In this document: in pieces, positions 55,348 to 64,000 of the stretch
How the letters are laid out: each line of letters begins with the position of its first letter
Numbering within the stretch: position 1 is the stretch's first letter
DNA from: Nitrospirota bacterium
GTDB taxonomy: Bacteria > Nitrospirota > UBA9217
DNA length: 64,000 bases
Direction: 5' to 3'
Assembly: GCA_963749655.1 (NCBI GenBank)
Contig: CAVVOB010000022.1
Span: 128,001-192,000 of the forward strand
The notes under the pieces: model-generated
Seen by the model: the letters and a program-made list of their open reading frames with translations, nothing else
Databases searched by the model: none
What the model was told of the DNA's origin: nothing
Position numbers and translations under genes: made by a program

Positions 55348-56094
55348 ATGTTCGATATCCAACTTGTGGACGTGACCTATGATTCTCCTGAATTCGATGC
55401 AGCCTACGACGTTATCGGTCTCGATATCCCTCCTGAATATCTCGAGACGCATGACTTTCTGAGAAACAGGCTGCGCGTACGGGACGCGGGGCCGGCATCG
55501 GAAGGAAAAGATCCTGCAGCAAGAGGGGTATACGCTTCATTTGATCGTAGCCAGGAGCAACGGCCAGGTCGTCGGTGCCATATACGGGCATCTGATATCG
55601 CAAATCGGGGCCGGGAATCACGGCATTGCTTTTGTCACCTACCTCTCCGTTCTGCGGGAGTATCGAAGAAGAGGGATCGGAACAGCGCTGATCGAAGAGC
55701 TCCTGGAAAGAGCGAATGAAGATTCGCTGCGCAGAACCGGACAGCCCGTCTTCGGCATGGTTTACGAGATCGAGGAAGAAGGCAAGAGGAAATCAAGGCA
55801 GCAGTGGGCAGGCTCGGCGCAAAGCCGCTGGATATTGTTTACCATCAGCCGGCCCTGCGAAAAGGGTATGGACCGGAGCGCATGAACCTCTGGTTCCAGC
55901 CTATTCCCGCCCTCGCACCGGATGAATCAGCTCATTTCGCTCTGTCCGTTTCCGTTGTTCGGGATATTGTGCGGAATATGTTGACGATGGAATATGTCGG
56001 GCCTGATATGAGCGGATTCGATCTGCTGAGCAAACCCTATACGGATTTTCAGGATTCCATCAAAGGCAGACGGTCGATCGGCTTTCAGATGTGA
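55348..56094 (+). CDS. GNAT-family acetyltransferase-like protein, frameshifted
   Basis: YLSV..EYRRRGIGTAL acetyl-CoA binding motif; three overlapping ORFs. Confidence 0.7.
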
Positions 56095-56113
56095 TGGCGT
56101 GATGGCGGAATCT

Positions 56114-56984
56114 CTAGCTGCGGCAGGCCATGGCGCCGAGGATGTCCTCCATCCGGTTGATCGGCACTGAAACATGCCCTTCGTCAGAATAGAACCGCGC
56201 TTCGCAGTCAGGGAGTCGTCCCGCAATGTGCCTTCCGATGGCAGGAGGAATCACGCGGTCAAGACCTCCGTGCCAGAGGTGGACCTTCATCGGGATATCC
56301 TGGAGCCTGAAACCCCAGGGGCTGGTGAATATACGCAGGTCCTGTTCAACGCCGCTATGGCCGTACCGGACCGATTCGCAATGAGAGTCCCAGATGCCTT
56401 TGAGCTCCGTTTGTGCCAGGAGGAGCCGGTCCGGCAGGGGTGCGGTCCGGTCGAGGAGCGAAAGGACTCGCCGGGGGTGGCGGCTGATGCAGCGCGCAGT
56501 GAGTTCATAAGGCCGATCAAGCAGGCGGGGCGTACGTTTGTGCAACAAAAAAGCGGTTCGTGCAGCGCGGAGGATTCCCCTGGCCGTTTCCGGCGTATCG
56601 ACCGGCCCCACGCTGCTGACTAATCCGACGGCGGACAGACGCTGCGGGATCAAGAACGCGCAAGCGGCTGCATAGGGTCCTCCGCCGGAGTGACCCATCA
56701 GGGAAAAACGGTCCAGCCCCAGACCGTCTGCAAGCTCCGCGACGTCCGAAGGCCAGTCGAGCAGCGTTCGCCCGGGTTTTGGAGTAGATATCGACGCCGG
56801 GCCGGTCCACGGCGATGATCCTGACCCCGAGCCGTTGTGCCACCGCATCCATGACGCGGCCTTCCAGACGCGATCCGGGAAAGCCCGGAAAGTAGAACTC
56901 CGGCCAGCCCGAAAGATCGCCGTACTCGGCATACCCGAGGGCCCGGCCATCCGAAAGTCTGTATTGTTTGCCCTTGAGGATCAT
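56114..56984 (-). CDS. Alpha/beta hydrolase, frameshifted
   Basis: DGRALGYAEYGD, PGSRLE, GHSGGGP nucleophile elbow, WHGGLD, EGH motifs. Confidence 0.85.
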
Positions 56985-56999
56985 GTGTTTGAGGGACAG

Positions 57000-57171
57000 G
57001 GGCTGCTGAACGCACGCAAGCGCGTCGACAGAGTGCGGTGGAAGGCTCGCAGCGTGCGGTTCATATGGAGACGAAAGAGGTAGCAGCCGGCGCGAACGTG
57101 TCCAAGCGCCTGGCACTGGTGGGCTGCTGAGCCGTCCACCGCACTCTGTCGACGCGCTTGCGTGCGTTCAG
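57000..57171. repeat. Inverted pair of ~52-bp elements with a 37-bp perfect core
   Basis: 57006-57042 is the exact reverse complement of 57135-57171. Confidence 0.9.
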
Positions 57172-57506
57172 GGCTTGCCGGCCGCGGCTGTGAGGAACGT
57201 GGCGCCGCTCCTCAGCCCCTCGCTTGAGGCTGTGAGCTGGATCTTTCCGGCCTGCCCCGCCTCTGCGCGAACGATCACGAGGCACAGCCCATTGAAGGCC
57301 TTGCGCTCGGGCGCTTGGAACGGCTCGAAGCTCGTGGGATCGCCATTGTTCGTGGCCACGATCTCGCCCGGGCCGTCGACCTTGAACTGGATCCGGTTGT
57401 CCGCTCGCGGCGCGACGAGTCCGTTCTCGTCGACGATGCGCAGCGTGACGAAGGACAGGTCGCGGCCATCGGCCCGAATCTCGGCGCGATCAGGCAGCGC
57501 CTCCAG
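57168..57506 (-). pseudogene. C-terminal Ig-like fragment of a GH2 beta-galactosidase
   Basis: ADGRDLSFVT..VD..G....A.N...F...GPG......NGD......RKAFNG.CLVIVR; no catalytic part upstream. Confidence 0.8.
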
Positions 57507-57563
57507 ACAGCGGTTAGGTGACACCCCTCCCGGCCCTTAACCTGTAGAAAGGCGTTGAGCCGG

Positions 57564-58028
57564 CTACTCCGTCCAGTCCAGAGGTAAAGGGCCGGTCGAC
57601 ACCGGGATCACGCCCTTCTTCAGGATGATGTTCGCGTACTTGACGGTTTCACCGGTCATGACGACCGCGAATGCCTTGGCGGCGCGCTCGTAGAAGGCGA
57701 AGCGCTCGATCTTCTCTATCTGGGGCGTCTTGGGCCAGCGCTTGTCGATCTCGGCCCGATACGCCGCCTCTACGGCCGGATCGGGCGAGTCGCCGGGAAC
57801 GGGGGCCATCATGGCGACCGGGGCCTGGACGTAGGTGTCCAGGCTGATGAGGGAGAGGATGCCGCCTAAGAGCCTGGGTATGCGGATGCCGTCCGCGCGG
57901 ATGACGCGAGGATTGACGCTGTTTCCGGGGAAGAAGGCGTCGGCCAGGACGATCTCGTCGCCATGGCCCATCTTGTAGAGGGCGGAGAGGAGGTCGGGCG
58001 AGATGCAGGGCTCGATTCCGATCAGCAT
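57564..58028 (-). CDS. fucU: L-fucose mutarotase (RbsD/FucU family)
   Basis: MGHGDEIVLADA.FP, RFAFYERA, TGE..YANIILKKGV motifs. Confidence 0.9.
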   Translation of the reverse strand: MLIGIEPCISPDLLSALYKMGHGDEIVLADAFFPGNSVNPRVIRADGIRIPRLLGGILSLISLDTYVQAPVAMMAPVPGDSPDPAVEAAYRAEIDKRWPKTPQIEKIERFAFYERAAKAFAVVMTGETVKYANIILKKGVIPVSTGPLPLDWTE

Positions 58029-58059
58029 GCGATCCTCCGTCGTTTCGGTGAGTGACGGC

Positions 58060-60476
58060 TCACTCGTCCGTCGCTTCGAAGACCATCTTGTCCAGATTGA
58101 CGTAGTCGCCGTCGATGTGGACCTTCAGCACGTGCTCGCCGGCGGACAGCTTCACGATCCGCTCCACCACGACCCAGTCCTGGAATCCCTTGGTGTTGGG
58201 GACGTCGATGCGGCCGGTGAGATCGGCGCCGTCGCCCTCGAGGTGCATCGCGGCTCCGTCCGATGCCCGAGGCGACGTGGAATGCGACCCGGTACTTGCC
58301 GGGTTTCGCGACCGTCACCGTGTAGGCTGTCCATTCACCGGCGTGAGTCCAGCCGAGCGTGTAGCCGCCGGCGCTGCAGTCGCCGATATCGACCCCCTGA
58401 CCGGGGCGATAGAGCCCGCCTTCGTTGACGTCGTCCCGATCGTGGTAGGCATCGCCGGGGCATCCCACGTCGATAGTCCTCCGCCTCGACCGTTCCCGGA
58501 AGGACGTGCGCCTTGAAGCGGCACCTGCTTCTGCTCACAGACGGCGACCAAGCTCCATCGGGACGCGGATGAGGGCGTGCCCGATCTGTGCGAGGCCCAC
58601 GCGAGCGCCGGCCGTGGCGCCGGCGGCCAGCGACAATGCGACGCTCCGGTCTGCGGCTGTCGGAGATCGTGACTGCGCCTGCGCGGGCGTTGGCGATCCG
58701 CCAGTGCTGGCCGTCGTCGCCGGTGAACGCCGACAGGGTGACGCTGCCGGCTGTCGGTGCTGCTGGTCAGTGCCACGTGTGGAGTCGGCCCGGTTCAGGA
58801 GTCTGTAGACGCCGCGGCCGACCGGCTCCAGGCTCCACTGATTCGCGGTCGTCCTTGCGCTGGCGGGTCAGCGACAACTCCGATCCCACGACGAGATCGC
58901 CAGACCGTCGCCGGGCACGAGATGGTAGTGCGCGGCCCCGTCGAGCACGGCGAAGTTGTCGTAGCGGCGGGATCCCGCCGTCGAAGCGGAGTCGGATGAC
59001 GTAAGCCAGCTCGTCCAAGGTGCGTTCCGGCAGATGGACGTGGAGACCCTTCGGTGCTCTGCTCGAACGCCAGCGGCAGATAGGCGCCGGCCCGCCCGTT
59101 GATCAACTCGACGGACCGCAATCTCCTGCCGTCGATCCGGTCGGACGACAGCGATTCGAGGGTGATTCCCTGCTGACCGCTCTCCCACCCGAGCAGGATG
59201 GCATAGAGGGTGGAGTTGTCCTTGGAGCGGGTATAGCGCACGTCACGGGCGGTGCCTTCGCTCGGAGGCCCCATCACACCGTGGGCGGCGCCCATCCGGG
59301 TCGGACCCTCGCCGTAGCGTTCCCATGCACGGGTGGCATAGACAGCCTCGCCGTACTTGCGCAGCCAGGCGCCCATGGCGAGCAGGAGGTCCTTCTGTTC
59401 CCGAGGAATGGTGCCGTCAGCCTGGGGGGAGATGTTCAGCAGCAGGTTGCCGTTCTTGCTGATCCGATCGAGGAAGCCGTGGAGGACCTGCTTCTGGGAG
59501 TAGTACCGGATCCCTTCGGTGTAGGACCAGCTCGTGGAGCTGATGGCGTCGTCGGTCAGCCAGTAGTCCTCCATGATGTCGGGTGGGCCGCCGCGCTCGT
59601 AGTCGAGGACCGCGCACCGTGGGTTGAGCCCGTCCTTGTAGGTGGCGACGACCTCCTTGCCCCACTCGGCGGCCCGGTTGTAGTAGTAGGCGAGGAACTC
59701 CAGCAGGACGGGCTTGGAGATCCGGTGCAGGTTGAAGTCCTGCCAGATGATGTCGGGCCGATACCCGTCGATGATCTCCTTGTGCTTGCCGAGCCACAGG
59801 GCCTCGTTCGCCTCCTTGGACTGCTGCCCGTAGAGGATCTTCAGCTTGGGATCGTCTGTCTTGGGCGCCGCCTCGTAGAACCCGGTGATGTTGTAGGCGT
59901 GGTGCATCGAGACGAGGGTCTTCAGGCCGTGCCGGCGGATGGCGTCAGTGAGGAGTCCGACGAGATCCAGCCTGGGGCCCATGTCCTTGGCGTTCCAGGG
60001 ATTCACCTTGCTGGCCCACATCGAGAAGCCGTCGTGGTGCTCCGCGACCGGGCCGGCGAATCGGGCGCCCGCGTCGGCGAACAACTGGGCCCACTCCTCG
60101 GGGTCGAAGTTGCCGCCAGCTGACTTGAGCTTGGGGGCGAACTGCACGAAGCGTCCCTGCCTGTCTGTCGGCCCCGGTGGCAAACGCGGCGTAGGGCCAG
60201 GCCGACAGCGTCGCCGTAGGTCGCCAGGTGGTGCCGGTTCTCGGGCGAGCCCTCGAAGTACATGGTTCGGGGATACCACTCGTTGGCGAAGGCCGGAACC
60301 GAGTAGACGCCCCAATGGAAGTAGATGCCGAACTTCGCATCCTTGAACCACTCGGGGGCGGGTTCCGCCTGTTCCAGCGACGCCAGATCCGGCCGATAGA
60401 CACGAGGTTCGTCCCGAGCCATGACACTGCTCGGAAGCAACAGTACGGCGACCAACGCTGACGCTGCCTTCGTCAT
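58060..60476 (-). CDS. Alpha-L-fucosidase (GH29) with C-terminal CBM6-like module, multiple frameshifts
   Basis: WFKDAKFGIYFHWG, EHHDGF, IIWQD, NGNLLLN motifs; PGTVEAEDY..GEW..YTV carbohydrate-binding module. Confidence 0.85.
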
Positions 60477-60482
60477 GGCTCG

Positions 60483-61283
60483 CTACTGGCCGACGGCGCC
60501 GACGGGGTGGTTCACGTCGCCGACGGCCTCCTCCATGAGTGTCGCAACCCCGCGCGGATCCTCCTGCTGCGCGACGTGGCCGCCCGGGAAGGTCCGGATG
60601 GTCCAGCCGCGCGCCACGGCGCGCTGCCAGCTCTTGTCCGTCCGGGCACGCTCCGCGGCTGACTTGTCCTTCGGCACGAACGCGACGTAGGTCACCGGCA
60701 GCTTCAGCGCGGCTGGATTCTTGTACGACACCGGCTGATTGAAGCACTTGATCGACTGCTTCACGTTGTGGGGCGGCGGAGTGCCTGCCTTGACCCAGGG
60801 CACCTGCATGAAGCCGTCGGCGAAGCGTGAAGGATCCGGCGGCCCGCTTCCGCCAAAGAGGTCCCAGAGCGACATGCCGTCGTCCGGCACAGCCGCGTCG
60901 AGAAACACGACATGACGGATGCGCTCGGGCACGCGGTCCATGACACCGGTGACGACCATGCCGCCGTAGCTGTGGCCGGTGAGGACGACGTCGTGGAGAT
61001 CCTCGAACAGGATGAGGTTGACCACGTCTTCGATGTGGGTCTTGAGGTCGATGTCGGGGCTGTTGAGGTGCATTCGCTCGCCGAGTCCGGTGAGCGTGGC
61101 GCGGTAGACCGTGTGGCCGTCGTCGGACAGGAACTTGCCCGTGCGTTTCCACTCCCACCCGCCAGCGGTGGCGCCATGGACGATCACAAAGGTGCACTTT
61201 TGCGCAGGGTCGGCGGCACGGGCGCTCATGGAGCTCGACAGGATGACGGCGGCACTCAGGACGAGACGCTCGATGTATTTCAT
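60483..61283 (-). CDS. Secreted alpha/beta hydrolase (esterase-like)
   Basis: Signal peptide; VHGA..GGW, GHSYGG, FLDA motifs. Confidence 0.88.
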   Translation of the reverse strand: MKYIERLVLSAAVILSSSMSARAADPAQKCTFVIVHGATAGGWEWKRTGKFLSDDGHTVYRATLTGLGERMHLNSPDIDLKTHIEDVVNLILFEDLHDVVLTGHSYGGMVVTGVMDRVPERIRHVVFLDAAVPDDGMSLWDLFGGSGPPDPSRFADGFMQVPWVKAGTPPPHNVKQSIKCFNQPVSYKNPAALKLPVTYVAFVPKDKSAAERARTDKSWQRAVARGWTIRTFPGGHVAQQEDPRGVATLMEEAVGDVNHPVGAVGQ

Positions 61284-61530
61284 ATCAGCGTTGTCGGAGG
61301 GTGGCGGACGCGGGAGCGTAGGGCAACGACAAGATCACAGCGGCCGGCAGTATAGCACCCACCTTCGGCAGGCCGGCCTGCCGAATCGCTTCGAGGACGA
61401 TAGAAATTCCGTCCGTGGCGCCCCGTGAGGTCGACTACACCGGCAGCACGATAACCGTTCCTCTCCCGGGGTGCCGCTGATCACCCTCTACGTTTGGCGT
61501 TAGAATGCGCGCGAACGCTCGAGGTGCGCC

Positions 61531-61917
61531 ATGCCGGGAAGAATCGACTTCACGTACGACACGGCAAGCGACATCGTCGTTGCCGTCCCCAAGTGGACGA
61601 TCGCCTCTCAACAGGACTGCGAGGCCTGGTTCGACGAATGGGAGGCTTACCTCTCGAAGTACGGCCGCAAGGTCGACTGCGTCGTCGTCTTGGATGATTT
61701 TCACGTCGATACGCAGATCGCAGCCCGCTGGGGCGAGTATCGAGCCAAGCTCAACAACACCTACTTCCGGCACTCCTATCGTGTCCATGCCGACCAGACA
61801 GTGAAGCTCTTCATCCAGACGAGCGGCGTGCGCTTCAACGCGGCCAGCGGCGAAGCTGCGACCGTCGAAGATGCGGTCGCGGGTATTCTCGACGCCCGCA
61901 AGAAGGCCGGACGCTGA
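61531..61917 (+). CDS. Hypothetical protein
   Basis: GAGG RBS, GC3-rich codon usage, protein-like composition. Confidence 0.7.
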   Translation: MPGRIDFTYDTASDIVVAVPKWTIASQQDCEAWFDEWEAYLSKYGRKVDCVVVLDDFHVDTQIAARWGEYRAKLNNTYFRHSYRVHADQTVKLFIQTSGVRFNAASGEAATVEDAVAGILDARKKAGR

Positions 61918-61951
61918 GGATCCCGGCTTTCACGCCGACAAAAGGGGAACC

Positions 61952-63367
61952 GTGACATTACGCAGACTGCTCCGTCTCGCGTGTCTCATAGGCGTGCCGT
62001 TGGCGGCCAGTGGCCTATTGGGCGTACCGGCTGCGATCGGAGGCGGACAGACACGCTCCGGCAACGACACAGTGCTCGCGCCGACACCGCCGCTCGGATG
62101 GAACAGCTGGGACTCTTACGGCCTGCGCATCAACGAGCAGCAGTTCCGCGACAACCTGGAGGCGTTCGCCGCGAAGCTCAAGCCCTTCGGCTACTCCTAC
62201 GCTGTCATCGACGAGGGCTGGTACATGGTCAATCCCGAGGATCGGCCCAAGCCCGACCTGCTGAAGTACGCGCTGGACGAGAACGGCCGGTTCATCCCCG
62301 TGCCGGTGCGCTTTCCGTCGGCTCTCCAGGGCAACAAGAACGTGGGTTTCGAGGCGCTCGGCCAGTGGGTGCATTCGAAGGGGCTGAAGTTCGGCGTTCA
62401 CGTGATCCGCGGCATCCCTCGTGAGAGCGTGACGCGCAACCTCCCCATCGAGCGCTCGAGTTTCATGGCGCAGGACGCGGCTGATCAGAACGATCCTTGT
62501 CCCTGGGACCCGACGAGCTGGGGAATCAAGGACAACGAAGCCGGCCAGGCCTGGTACGACTCTCTGCTGCGGCAGTTCGCCGGATGGGGAGTCGATTTCC
62601 TCAAGGTGGACTGCATTGCCGACCACCCCTACAAGCCCGCCGAGATCCGCCAGATCACACGGGCGATCCAGCGCAGCGGCCGCGAGATCGTCCTGAGCCT
62701 CTCGCCGGGGCCGACCGCGGTCGAGCGTCACGCAGAGGTCGCCGAGCTCGCCCAGATGTGGCGCATCTCGGACGATGTCTGGGACCTGTGGGAGACGGGC
62801 CAGCAGAAGTGGCCCATCGGCGTCAAGAACCAGTTCGACAACACGGCACGTTGGGCACAGTACACGCGGCCCGGCGCCTGGCCGGATGCCGACATGTTGC
62901 CGGTCGGGGAGCTCCGGCCGTTCCCCGACGTAGGCCCGGGTGCGCGGCATACGAGGCTGACTCCTACCGAACAGCAGACGCTGCTGAGCCTCTGGGCGAT
63001 GGCGCGAAGCCCGCTGATCGTTGGCGCCAACCTCACCCTGCTCGACGAGCCGACCGTGCGCCTCTTGACCAATCCCGACATCCTGAGGATCGACCAGGCC
63101 GCCACGGCCTCGCGGCAGGTGCTGCGCGACGGCGATCTCGTGGTGTGGACTGCGGACCTGCCCGCAGGCCAGCACGCCTTGGCGGCATTCAACCTGGGTG
63201 AGAGACCGATTCCTCTCGACCGTTCCTACGATAGCTTCGGCCTGCGGAGGGGACCACACAAGGCGAAGAATGCGTGGACCGGAGAGCGCCTGCAGCCGAG
63301 CGAGCGTCTCGGCACGACACTCGAGCCACATGCCAGCCTCGTTCTGATGCTCGACACTGAAGAATAG
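61952..63367 (+). CDS. Alpha-galactosidase-like glycoside hydrolase (GH27)
   Basis: PPLGWNSW, IDEGW, FLKVD, WRISDD, WPDADML motifs. Confidence 0.92.
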   Translation: MTLRRLLRLACLIGVPLAASGLLGVPAAIGGGQTRSGNDTVLAPTPPLGWNSWDSYGLRINEQQFRDNLEAFAAKLKPFGYSYAVIDEGWYMVNPEDRPKPDLLKYALDENGRFIPVPVRFPSALQGNKNVGFEALGQWVHSKGLKFGVHVIRGIPRESVTRNLPIERSSFMAQDAADQNDPCPWDPTSWGIKDNEAGQAWYDSLLRQFAGWGVDFLKVDCIADHPYKPAEIRQITRAIQRSGREIVLSLSPGPTAVERHAEVAELAQMWRISDDVWDLWETGQQKWPIGVKNQFDNTARWAQYTRPGAWPDADMLPVGELRPFPDVGPGARHTRLTPTEQQTLLSLWAMARSPLIVGANLTLLDEPTVRLLTNPDILRIDQAATASRQVLRDGDLVVWTADLPAGQHALAAFNLGERPIPLDRSYDSFGLRRGPHKAKNAWTGERLQPSERLGTTLEPHASLVLMLDTEE

Positions 63368-63435
63368 GGGTTCTCCAGGCCGGGCCGCTCCAGGCTAGAA
63401 TCCGGCCGCCGCCGAGCACTCAAAGGAGCGACAAC

Positions 63436-63829
63436 ATGCGATTGGTCAGGGGAATCCTCGTGGGCGTCGTGGTCGTCCTCAGCCTCTCTCTCGCTTTGCC
63501 GGCACTGGCCGCCGACGTCACCGGCCAGTGGAAGGCGGAGTTCGACACGCCGGTCGGCGTCCAGAAGTACACGTTCGATCTGAAGGTCGACGGCGAGAAG
63601 CTCACCGGCAAGGCTGCCTTCGAGCGGATGGGGCAGACAGGCGAGGCCGAGCTGAAGGAGGGCAAGGTCAGCGGCGACACGGTCTCGTTCGTCGAGACGT
63701 TCGACGCACAGGGAATGCGAGGTCCGCGTCGAGTACACCGGCAAGCTGCAGGGGGACGAGATCCGCTTCACGCGCAAGGTGGGGGAGTTCGGTACCGAGG
63801 AGTTCGTCGCGACCCGCGTCAAGAAGTGA
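63436..63829 (+). CDS. Small secreted beta-barrel-like hypothetical protein, frameshift near 63718
   Basis: AAGGAG RBS, signal peptide, ADVTGQW..YTFDLKVDGEKLTG; missed by the ORF track. Confidence 0.65.
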
Positions 63830-64000
63830 CGCGGTACGCTCCGGGAAGGGTCTCGTCAGCAGTCGCGAGACGAGATCTCACGCTCCCCGAAATGCCGCTT
63901 CTCCCATCGCCCCCTGCGCGCGGCCATGCCTCGCGCGTCCGTCACGTCTTCGTTTCCGAACTGGATCGACAGTCTCGGCCGCTCCCAACAGTGGGAAGCA

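Noticed and set aside
58795-61197. 800-aa minus-strand ORF as one protein
   Set aside because: It joins an off-frame reading of the hydrolase gene to part of the frameshifted fucosidase.
61364-61385. Perfect 22-bp palindrome ttcggcaggccggcctgccgaa between divergent genes
   Set aside because: Single GC-rich instance with no second copy or cognate regulator; no function can be assigned.

Overview
Bacterial chromosomal segment; gene content suggests an anaerobic Nitrospirota/Desulfobacterota-like organism (inference). Many conserved genes are split by single-base indels, probably from an unpolished long-read assembly. Housekeeping block: rarA-rny-ymdB-xseA, a HEAT/HD-GYP pair, and an acetate uptake/activation cluster (DUF294-CBS, exonuclease, DUF485, actP, acs). 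Accessory region (15.7-31.5 kb): three AT-rich exported-protein genes each behind a homologous promoter/leader module, cell-wall hydrolases, an intact ISL3 element with an 8-bp target duplication, an unusual DUF4332 + MuF-motif gene pair, and a REP/RAYT/PIN block. The ORF track misses a likely DsbA-like selenoprotein (in-frame UGA in a UxxC motif plus a SECIS-like hairpin) upstream of a di-heme peroxidase and an FdhE-like gene. The rest holds metabolic, signalling and ABC exporter genes; after about 57 kb there is an apparently more GC-rich carbohydrate-utilisation block. No rRNA, tRNA or CRISPR array was seen.
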